From a bacterium (GTDB lineage Bacteria; UBA8248), in assembly GCA_965213625.1 (NCBI GenBank), contig CBDBZU010000004.1, positions 3,904,001 to 3,968,000 of the forward strand: a DNA stretch of 64,000 bases. The letters are read 5' to 3'. How positions within the stretch are numbered: position 1 is the stretch's first letter; every line of letters starts with the position of its first letter. Below the pieces are notes generated by a model, which worked only from the letters and a program-made list of their open reading frames with translations, searched no databases and was not told the origin of the DNA. The position numbers and the translations under genes were made by a program. Below, piece by piece: positions 56,669 through 64,000 of the stretch.

Positions 56669-57154
56669 CTACTCCGCTTCCAATATGAAATCTCCGCTTT
56701 TTCCGCCCGTTTTTCTCACCAGCCGAACATCCGAGAGAACCATCCCCTTATCCACCGCCTTGCACATATCGTAGACGGTCAGGCCGGCCACGCTCACGGC
56801 GGTCAGGGCTTCCATCTCCACGCCCGTTCTGTCCTGCGCGCGCACGACGGCCTCAATACGCAGAAGGCCGAGCGGTTCATCTGCAGAAAATTCTATCTCC
56901 ACGCTCGATATGCGCAGGGGATGACACATCGGGATGAGGTTTGCACATTGCTTGGCCGCCATGACTCCCGCAATACGAGCGGTGCCCAGTACGTCGCCTT
57001 TGGGAAGGCCTCCGGCCAGGATGAGACTTAAGGTATCAGGCGCCATCTCCAGGCGGCCGCGCGCCACGGCCTCGCGGCGGGTGACATCCTTGCTCCCGAC
57101 GTCCACCATGCGGGCGCGGCCTTGCTCGTCGATGTGAGAGAGTTCCTGAGGCAC
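56669..57154 (-). CDS. moaC: cPMP synthase MoaC
   Basis: LSH..MVDV, KGDVL, LIPMCHP, TGVEMEAL, YDMCKA, KTGGKSG. Confidence 0.96.
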   Translation of the reverse strand: MPQELSHIDEQGRARMVDVGSKDVTRREAVARGRLEMAPDTLSLILAGGLPKGDVLGTARIAGVMAAKQCANLIPMCHPLRISSVEIEFSADEPLGLLRIEAVVRAQDRTGVEMEALTAVSVAGLTVYDMCKAVDKGMVLSDVRLVRKTGGKSGDFILEAE

Positions 57155-57406
57155 CGAGGACGCCCTCCGTTAATTCCGATGAAGCAGGAGAGTCCGCTTC
57201 ACGGGCGGATTGTATCGGATCATCATACAACAGGAGCGCGAAACACGAAAGTAAAAAAAAACAAGGGGTTCTGGGAGCGGGAAGACAGCAGAAGCCGCTC
57301 CCTCAGTAGCGAAGGCTGATGAGGTTTAGGTCAACTCCGACAGAGGAAGGAGGGGCTGCATGACTTAACAAAGAGCAATCGCTCCATCATCTGTCGCGAT
57401 TGACTC

Positions 57407-57961
57407 CTACAGCTTCGCCAGTGTGAGGCCCTGTTGTTTCTGGTACTTGCCCTTCTTGTCGGCGTAGGAGGTCTCGCACTCCTCGTCGCTCTCGAAGAAC
57501 AGCACCTGGGCGATGCCCTCGTTCGCATATATCTTGGCGGGCAGGGGGGTGGTGTTCGACACCTCGAGGGTGACGAAGCCTTCCCACTCGGGCTCGAAAG
57601 GCGTGACGTTGACGATGATGCCGCAGCGCGCGTAGGTGCTCTTGCCGACGCAGACGGTAAGCACGCTCCTGGGGATGCGGAAATACTCCACCGTCTTGGC
57701 GAGAGCGAAGGAATTGGGCGGGATGATACAGGTATCGGATTTGACGTGGACGAGCGAGCGCTCGTCGAAATTCTTGGGATCCACGATGGTGGAGTTCACG
57801 TTCGTGAAGATCATGAACTCATCGGCGATGCGGATATCGTAGCCATAAGACGAAACGCCGTATGAGATGGCGCCCTCGCGCACCTGCTTGTCCTCGAACG
57901 GCTCTATCATGCCGTGCTCGCGAGACATTTTCGATATCCACCTGTCCGATTTGATCGACAT
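57407..57961 (-). CDS. dcd: dCTP deaminase
   Basis: [36 protein letters not shown]; ATG 57961 after GAGG. Confidence 0.95.
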   Translation of the reverse strand: MSIKSDRWISKMSREHGMIEPFEDKQVREGAISYGVSSYGYDIRIADEFMIFTNVNSTIVDPKNFDERSLVHVKSDTCIIPPNSFALAKTVEYFRIPRSVLTVCVGKSTYARCGIIVNVTPFEPEWEGFVTLEVSNTTPLPAKIYANEGIAQVLFFESDEECETSYADKKGKYQKQQGLTLAKL

Positions 57962-58225
57962 CGCGTGAACCTCAACTCTTCCGGGAGAAGGGCGAATACC
58001 CGGATTCCATCCGAAACTGAAAACCTCGAGCATGCGCAGTGTTTCGGGAGTGAAATTCCCGGAAATAGTATCTGGGGGCGAGAGGAGACCAACTCCCCCC
58101 ACCCCCAGATGACCGCCCCTGTCCGCCCGAAACGGGGGCGATCCGACAAGCGCTTCTTCGTGCCGAAACACGAGAGATGCGCTTGGGATTCGCTTTAATC
58201 ACCATGTTCCGAGAAAACTATATAA

Positions 58226-58282
58226 ACACAACATATAGTGCCGCGTCAACGATATTTTTACCCAAAAACACAATTTCTTGTG
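58226..58282. promoter_or_regulatory. Tandem NrdR-box-like sites upstream of dcd
   Basis: ACACAACATATAGTG (58226-58240) and ACACAATTTCTTGTG (58268-58282), 42 bp apart, flanking a minus-strand TTGACG (58244-58249). Confidence 0.6.
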
Positions 58283-58355
58283 GATAGGCCGTTGATGTCC
58301 AGGGGAAATGCCGGGGAGTACCTGTGGAAAAATTGTGGATAGTGGCGACGCCGGC

Positions 58356-59204
58356 TTATTTGAACCGGTCCGCGTGGACCTTGACTTTCGCGCCCTCGCG
58401 TAAGCGCCTGAGCAGCGCCTCGTACCGCTCGCTTCGCTTGAGTTCAGAATAAACGAGCTTTACGTCGACCTTGACGTCTTCATACTTCGCGTCTGCAGCC
58501 CCTATGCGCTCGAGAACCCGTATCACCTGCCAGCCTACAGACGTTCGTATCGGGTCGCTCGGCTGGCCGATGGGCAACTTGAAAGCCACGTCCTCGAGCG
58601 CCTTGTCCAATGCGCCTCGTTCGGCGGTTCCCATCATGCCGCCCGCATCGCGTGTGCTCTCGAAGATGGAGCGCTCCCTCGCCACCTGCGCGAAGGGCGT
58701 CCCTTTTCTGAGTTCGGCGACGGCGTCCCACGCCTCTTTTTCGGTTTTGAGCACGATGTGGGCGAGGGTGACCGCCTCCCTGCGGCGGAACCGCTCCTTA
58801 TTGGCGAGAAAGAAATCGCGCAACTGCTGCTCGGAAGCGCTCGCGGCCTCCGTATCTTGTTTCAGGAATTCCTCGATGACGAGCCTTCGCTTCAAGCGTT
58901 CTATCCTTTTCCGAATCTGAGCAGACTCATCTATTTTCTGGCGTATTGCTTCCTGATAGAGGAGTTCCCCCTGAACCAGCCCGTCGAGAAACCGATCCTT
59001 GTTCTTGCGGATGCGGATGCGCACGGCGGGAGCGAACCGGTTCAGCCTCTGCTCGATCTCTCCCAGTGTGATTTTCTGCTCGTTCACCTCGATGACGACC
59101 TGATCCAAATCTTTCATGGAGGGGTCTGCCTTCTTGCTCGCTCCTTCAGCATCCAGACCACAGAACAACGCAATCACTACAATCAGCATGAATATCTTTT
59201 TCAT
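58356..59204 (-). CDS. PpiC/parvulin-type peptidyl-prolyl isomerase, exported
   Basis: Signal peptide MKKIFML..., LAHIVL, FAQVARERS, GGMMG, SDPIRTSVGWQVI. Confidence 0.85.
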   Translation of the reverse strand: MKKIFMLIVVIALFCGLDAEGASKKADPSMKDLDQVVIEVNEQKITLGEIEQRLNRFAPAVRIRIRKNKDRFLDGLVQGELLYQEAIRQKIDESAQIRKRIERLKRRLVIEEFLKQDTEAASASEQQLRDFFLANKERFRRREAVTLAHIVLKTEKEAWDAVAELRKGTPFAQVARERSIFESTRDAGGMMGTAERGALDKALEDVAFKLPIGQPSDPIRTSVGWQVIRVLERIGAADAKYEDVKVDVKLVYSELKRSERYEALLRRLREGAKVKVHADRFK

Positions 59205-59314
59205 GTCCGTCTCATACCCCTTCCCTGCGAACCTCGAAAACGAATTAAAAAACCGACCCATAATATACCGGCAAACGGCGCCGAGAGAAAATTATTTTCT
59301 TCTTACAAAGGCAT

Positions 59315-60277
59315 TCAAACGAAATATGAGAACATGAGCGTCAGATAGCATACATATACGGCCAGGCACATGAGCCCCGCCCTGCGCCCCATGCCGCGCT
59401 TCCAAAAGGCGAGGACCAAGAACATCACCATCAGCAAGAGCATGAACGGGAAATCCAGAACGAACGATTGATGCTCCATCCCCAGAGGCGTGATGAAAGA
59501 CGCCCCGCCCAGAACCCAAGCGATGTTCAGGACGTTCGCCCCCAGCACGTTGCCGACGGCCATGTCCCCATGACCGCTCAAGGATGCGGAGACGGCCGTG
59601 ATCAATTCGGGCAGCGAGGTGCCGATAGCCACGAGCGTGAGGCCGATGACCAGTTCGGGAATGCCCATGGCGCGGGCCAGATGCGCCGCATTCTGAACGA
59701 GTACAATGCTGCCGAGAACGACCGCTAACGAGCCGGCGATGAAGCGTAGTCCGATATGCCGCTTTTCCCGGTCCGTCATCGCACTTCCAATATCGAAATC
59801 CGTCCAGGTGGCCCGTTTCATGGTGAACCAAAGATAAACGGGCACCAGGGCGAACAAAACCACGCCTTCCACCCGGGCGATTTTGCCGTCCCAGCCCAGG
59901 GTAAGCAGCAACACGCCCATCATCAGCATGAAGAGCCCTTTTGGCAGAACATCTTCCCGGGCGAGAGACACGGGCTCGAGCAGAAACGCCACCGCCAGGA
60001 TGAGTCCGATGTTGCAGATGGTGGAACCGACCGCATTGCCCACGGACGTGGCCGGATGCTCCAGCCAGGCCGCGATGACAGATACGCTGAATTCGGGAGC
60101 CGTCGTCGCCAGACTCACCAGGGTGGCACCGACGATTACTTTGGGCACCCCGGTAATTTCGGCGACTCCCACCGCCCCGTCGGTGAACCAGTCGGCGCCT
60201 TTCGTGATGATGAGGAGGCCCGCGGCGAAGAAAAGAAAATTCGCCCAGATGGGAAAACTCGCGAAATATGCTTCCAT
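59315..60277 (-). CDS. Ca2+/Na+ antiporter (YrbG family)
   Basis: Two alpha repeats: ATTAPE..GNAVGS and GTSLPE..GNVLGAN. Confidence 0.9.
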   Translation of the reverse strand: MEAYFASFPIWANFLFFAAGLLIITKGADWFTDGAVGVAEITGVPKVIVGATLVSLATTAPEFSVSVIAAWLEHPATSVGNAVGSTICNIGLILAVAFLLEPVSLAREDVLPKGLFMLMMGVLLLTLGWDGKIARVEGVVLFALVPVYLWFTMKRATWTDFDIGSAMTDREKRHIGLRFIAGSLAVVLGSIVLVQNAAHLARAMGIPELVIGLTLVAIGTSLPELITAVSASLSGHGDMAVGNVLGANVLNIAWVLGGASFITPLGMEHQSFVLDFPFMLLLMVMFLVLAFWKRGMGRRAGLMCLAVYVCYLTLMFSYFV

Positions 60278-60328
60278 ACTCGAGAAGCGTCCTTTATATG
60301 GCGCCGGCTCAGAATCGCCGGGGAGCGG

Positions 60329-61114
60329 TTACTTGCCCTGGAATCCGGGTTTCCGTTTCTCCAGAAAAGCGGCGATTCCTTCCTGAAAATCCTGGCTGGC
60401 GACCGTCTCGGCCTGCGCGCCAGCCTCCGCGCGGAGCGCAGTCGCCACGTCCAGGCCGCCTGAGGCGCGAATCAGCTTTTTCGCCGCGCGAAGCGCGACC
60501 GAGGGGCCCTCGGCGAGCCTCCGCCCAAAAGCCATCGCCTCTTCCATGAGCGCGTCGTCACGATGAACCGAGCGGACGAGGCCGATTGCGAGCGCCGACT
60601 CCGCGTCGATGACGTCGCCCGTCAAAATCAACTCCAAGGCTTTCGCGCTGCCCACGACGCGTGGCAGGAAAAACGTACCCCCGCAATCGGGGACGAGTCC
60701 GACTTTTAAGTACACCTGCCCGAACGAAGCGCCCGCGCCCGCCAGGCGGATGTCGCAGGCCAAAGCGATATCACATCCTGCGCCTACGGCGAAACCATGG
60801 ACGGCCGCTATCGTCGGACATCGAACTTCATATAGCTTCGCCAGCGATTTCTGATAATCCGGCCAGAGGAACTCCTCCATCCGCTCGCCCGCCCGAATGC
60901 GTGCCTCGATTTCCTTCAGGTCCCCGCCCGCGGAGAAGGCGCGTCCCGCCCCGCTCAGAACCATCGCGCGGATATCGGGTTCGTTGCATCGCTCGCACAC
61001 CTCGTATAATTCTTGCGCCATCTGCCGGTCGAGCGCATTGAGCGCTTCGGGACGATTGAGTTGCACGAGAGCCAAACCGCCTTCTTCCTCGAATCCGATG
61101 GTATCCCACGCCAT
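60329..61114 (-). CDS. Enoyl-CoA hydratase/isomerase (PaaG-like)
   Basis: LNRPEALNAL, FSAGGDL, AVGAG, GLVPDCGG. Confidence 0.88.
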   Translation of the reverse strand: MAWDTIGFEEEGGLALVQLNRPEALNALDRQMAQELYEVCERCNEPDIRAMVLSGAGRAFSAGGDLKEIEARIRAGERMEEFLWPDYQKSLAKLYEVRCPTIAAVHGFAVGAGCDIALACDIRLAGAGASFGQVYLKVGLVPDCGGTFFLPRVVGSAKALELILTGDVIDAESALAIGLVRSVHRDDALMEEAMAFGRRLAEGPSVALRAAKKLIRASGGLDVATALRAEAGAQAETVASQDFQEGIAAFLEKRKPGFQGK

Positions 61115-61317
61115 GTCCTGTTCTCCCGTAATTATCATTGCCGATTGATCTGGAAAAAAATTTTGTTTTTTCTTACAATATGGCATATCTTCCGAAGTTG
61201 GAAGAAAGAGAATCGCTTCATCCGGGCATTATACCGGACGTTTTAACGCTTTGTGCGGCTTTCGCCCACCGGATTCCGCGCACTTGCGGGCGCGGGTACT
61301 TGATTGAGGGATGCAAA

Positions 61318-61941
61318 TTGGAATCACCGGACGCTGTCATCAAGATATATGATCGCTGGGGAAAGTTCTACGACTTCGTCTTCAAGCACGTGTTCAACGA
61401 AGGCCGAAACGTCGGCGTCGACCTGCTCGACCTCCAGCCTGGCGAGAAACTGCTCGAAGTAGGCGTGGGCACGGGCCTTTCCCTGCCGCTCTACCCGTCG
61501 ACGTCGGAGATCATCGCCATCGACCTCTCCTCGAAGATGCTCGAGAAGGCAAAGGAGAAGGTCGAGAAGCTGGGCCTTCAAAACGTCGAGCTCGGCGTGA
61601 TGGACGCGCAGAACATGACGTATGCGGACAACTCCTTCGACTGCGTCACCGCCTGCTACGTGGTGAGCGCCGCACCGGATCCACACAAGGTCGTCTCGGA
61701 AATCTGCCGCGTGTGCAAGCCGGGCGGGCGCATCGTCTTCATCAACCATTTCAAGAGCCAGAAATACCTGCTGGCCAAGTTCGAGGAACTCATCAACGGG
61801 GTCTGCAAGAAATTCGGATGGGAGACCACACTGGACCTGGAACCCCTGCTCGAGGCGAACAACCTGACCCTCGAACGCCAGGAGCGCGTGAACATATTCG
61901 ACTACTGGCGCGCAGTACTCTGCATCAATTCCGACAAATAG
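61318..61941 (+). CDS. SAM methyltransferase, PmtA-like phospholipid N-methyltransferase
   Basis: YDRW..YD, LEVGVGTGLSL, IDLS, MDAQ, RVCKPGG, NHF; TTG start. Confidence 0.8.
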   Translation: MESPDAVIKIYDRWGKFYDFVFKHVFNEGRNVGVDLLDLQPGEKLLEVGVGTGLSLPLYPSTSEIIAIDLSSKMLEKAKEKVEKLGLQNVELGVMDAQNMTYADNSFDCVTACYVVSAAPDPHKVVSEICRVCKPGGRIVFINHFKSQKYLLAKFEELINGVCKKFGWETTLDLEPLLEANNLTLERQERVNIFDYWRAVLCINSDK

Positions 61942-62004
61942 CGTCGTTGGCCACATCCCGAAGGCCCAGCCGCGCGGCGCATCCGCCTGCGCGCTTATGC
62001 TGAG

Positions 62005-62916
62005 ATGAGCGTCGACTCGAACGCCTACGGCGTATTGCTGGCTTCGATAGCCTCGACCGCCTGGGCGTTCTTTACCTATTTCATCAAGCGTGCGCTCATG
62101 AACGCGCCCGTCCTCAAAGTCACCGCCGCCGTCACGACCGTGAACGCGGCATTCGTGACGCTCATCGCACTCTTCTTCATCACGCCCGAGGACTTTCGGG
62201 GCGTCGCCACGATCACCTTCGTCTTCGCTTTTCTCGGGGGCTTTTTCCACATCGGCATATCGCGCTCGTTCTACTACCGCGCCATCCACCGCATCGGGCC
62301 GAACCGCTCCATTCCCATCGCGCTTACGTATCCCGCCGTAACAGCCGTCGTGGCGTCGTTCACGCTCGGCGAAACGCCGACGCTCTCCATAATCGCAGGC
62401 CTCGCGATTCTTCTCGTCGGCATCAAGCTCATCGTGCAGGCCGAACCCGCCCAGGAGTCGGAAACGAGCGCTCAAGACGCGAAATGGAAACTATTCGGCT
62501 GGATTTCCGCCGCCATCACCTCTCTGCTCTGGGGCGTGGCCGCCGTGTTCTTCAAAAAAGCGTCCCTGAACCTGCATCCGCTCGCCACCGCCGCGTTATC
62601 GCTCTGGGTGGGAGCCGCCACGGCCACGATGCTGATGGCGCTCGACAGGGGCGGCGAGGAATCGGGCGGCCCCATCCCCGCTTCGGCATGGATGTGGATT
62701 ATCGCCGCCGGCGCGTGCCAGACGATCGCCGTGCCGCTCTATAACTTCGCGTTCGTCCACACGCTGGCCGTGCGCGTGACGGCCATCGTCTCCGCCCAGC
62801 CGCTCATCGTCCTGCTGCTCGGCTGGCTCTTTCTCCGCGAGATGGAAAACATTACCCCCAGGCTCGTCCTTGGCGCGCTTTTGACCGTTGCAGGAACCAT
62901 CGTCGTCATCACTTAA
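62005..62916 (+). CDS. EamA/DMT-family transporter
   Basis: About 10 TM helices in two repeats, LGETP, FLREME. Confidence 0.85.
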   Translation: MSVDSNAYGVLLASIASTAWAFFTYFIKRALMNAPVLKVTAAVTTVNAAFVTLIALFFITPEDFRGVATITFVFAFLGGFFHIGISRSFYYRAIHRIGPNRSIPIALTYPAVTAVVASFTLGETPTLSIIAGLAILLVGIKLIVQAEPAQESETSAQDAKWKLFGWISAAITSLLWGVAAVFFKKASLNLHPLATAALSLWVGAATATMLMALDRGGEESGGPIPASAWMWIIAAGACQTIAVPLYNFAFVHTLAVRVTAIVSAQPLIVLLLGWLFLREMENITPRLVLGALLTVAGTIVVIT

Positions 62917-63013
62917 GGCCTGGAGAGTTCCCCTCGCCCCGGCGGGGTGCTACTCTTGTACGTCTAATCATCAAAGGAATATTTCGAAACCTCATCACGA
63001 GAAGGAGAGCAAG

Positions 63014-63490
63014 ATGGGCGAAGTCATTCACGTCACCAAGGCCCGCATCGTCAAGGAACCCGGCAAGGGAATGAAGACGGGCTATCTCGACGCCTTCCCC
63101 GACGAACCGATTCCCTACGGCATCCACGGGGGAATCAAGAACTTCTACAAGGCGGAACCCGAGGAGGAGCGTCCGGCCACGCTGGACCACCTCGCGGCCG
63201 CCGTCGCCGGCTGACTGACGGGCAACATGGGAGGCGCGCTGGATGCGCGCGGGATAAAGAGCAGCCCCGATAACCTCGTGGCGGAAGTCGAAGGCATCAT
63301 CGAGAACGTGGACGGCATGGCCCTGGTCACCAAGATCAAGGTGAACTACAAGTGCCGAATCCCCAAAGGAAAGCGAGAAGACGCCGAACGCGCCCTCGCC
63401 GTGCACGAGAAAGGCTGCCCGGCGAGCCAGAGCGTGCAGCGCGGCATCGAGGTCGAATACACGGCGGAGTTCGAGGAAGTGGACGAGTAG
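63014..63490 (+). CDS. OsmC/Ohr-family protein with in-frame TGA (probable selenocysteine)
   Basis: AAGGAG SD and ATG 63014; ...LDHLAAAVAG-TGA(63212-63214)-LTGNMGGAL... continues in frame to HEKGCPASQSV. Confidence 0.8.
63234..63250 (+). promoter_or_regulatory. Candidate bacterial SECIS hairpin
   Basis: GCGCGC-TGGAT-GCGCGC; loop starts 25 nt after the TGA, with G at loop position 2. Confidence 0.6.
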
Positions 63491-63513
63491 GCGTTTCTTG
63501 GGACAATGTTTCC

Positions 63514-63637
63514 GTAGGGGCGCATTGATGCGTCCGCCCGCATTGAGGATGAAACACGTAGGGACAGGTCGCGACCTGTCCCTACAAAATCTTTGCGCTT
63601 TCGTTATTTTGGGGCGGACACATCGGTCCGCCCCTAC
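63514..63637. repeat. REPIN-like GTAG-REP pair with a nested perfect 28-bp palindrome
   Basis: GTAGGGGCG..GTCCGCCC / GGGCGGAC..CGCCCCTAC enclosing GTAGGGACAGGTCGCGACCTGTCCCTAC (63558-63585). Confidence 0.75.
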
Positions 63638-63706
63638 GCGCCTCGTTCGAAAGAACTCCTCCTTCGTCAGTCGTAAGAATTCCTCGCTCTTCGATCGGAA
63701 TTCACC

Positions 63707-64000
63707 CTACACGAACAGGATTCCGTAGCGATATCTTCTATCGATCCCCCACGCCAGGCAGAGAGAAAACCCCGAAAGTAGCGCGAGCCCGCCCGCCTGC
63801 TCCCACGAACTGAGGAGCAGCGCGCCGACCAGGAACATCAAGGCGAAAACGAATGTGCTCAAACAAATCCACAGGCCTGCAAGAGCCAACACGGGCGCCG
63901 CGCGTCTGTCCACCCCGCGCACCCGCCCCCAGACACCCGGCGGATGCACCTTCGTCCAGAAAGTTCTCAGCACATCCGGGCGCACCGGCCTCGTAATGAA
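63707..64000 (-). CDS. C-terminus of a membrane transporter, probably sodium:solute symporter family (start outside window)
   Basis: TRPVRPDVLRTFWTKVHPPGVW followed by two TM helices, like SSS C-termini. Confidence 0.55.
   Translation of the reverse strand, partial: FITRPVRPDVLRTFWTKVHPPGVWGRVRGVDRRAAPVLALAGLWICLSTFVFALMFLVGALLLSSWEQAGGLALLSGFSLCLAWGIDRRYRYGILFV

Noticed and set aside
58046-58062. GGGAGTGAAATTCCC resembling the FMN riboswitch P2
   Set aside because: Antisense to dcd and lacks the flanking AGGGC and ACCGGCGG motifs.
58279-58342. oriC
   Set aside because: Only three imperfect DnaA boxes, no dnaA/dnaN/gidA context, and a short gap.
63014-63490. OsmC gene as a pseudogene or two genes
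   Set aside because: The single stop is TGA exactly at the expected Cys, the frame and second Cys are intact, and a SECIS-like hairpin is present.
63707-63709. Amber read-through (pyrrolysine) of the transporter stop
   Set aside because: No pyl genes or methyltransferase context, and the downstream frame runs into REP repeats.

Overview
GC-rich bacterial window. About 17.8-51.7 kb is the core translation/transcription supercluster on the minus strand: tRNA-Thr/Tyr/Gly/Thr, tuf, tRNA-Trp, secE, nusG, rplKAJL, rpoBC, rpsLG, fusA, tuf, then the S10, spc and alpha operons. Upstream of it lie PIN/TRAM, ispD, ispF, cysS, rlmB, moaC and dcd. The left 17 kb is accessory metabolism: cyclase/Zn-ADH/flavin reductase/HAD genes, an intact IS1182-family element nested in a palindromic miniature element, mocA-ADH-hpt, an enolase-superfamily plus HMG-CoA-lyase-like pair, a Na+-pumping acyl-CoA decarboxylase operon with a family III CoA-transferase and a GntR regulator, and ald. 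Several REP/MITE-like repeat families fill the intergenic gaps. Best hidden signal: an OsmC-family peroxidase split by an in-frame TGA at its first catalytic Cys position and followed by a SECIS-like hairpin, so probably a selenoprotein (63014-63490). Other notable items: a structured dcd leader under NrdR-like and DnaA-like boxes, an IF-1 with an Arg-rich N-terminal extension, and tuf genes rich in ATA codons. All calls come from reading the sequence by eye; no database searches were run.
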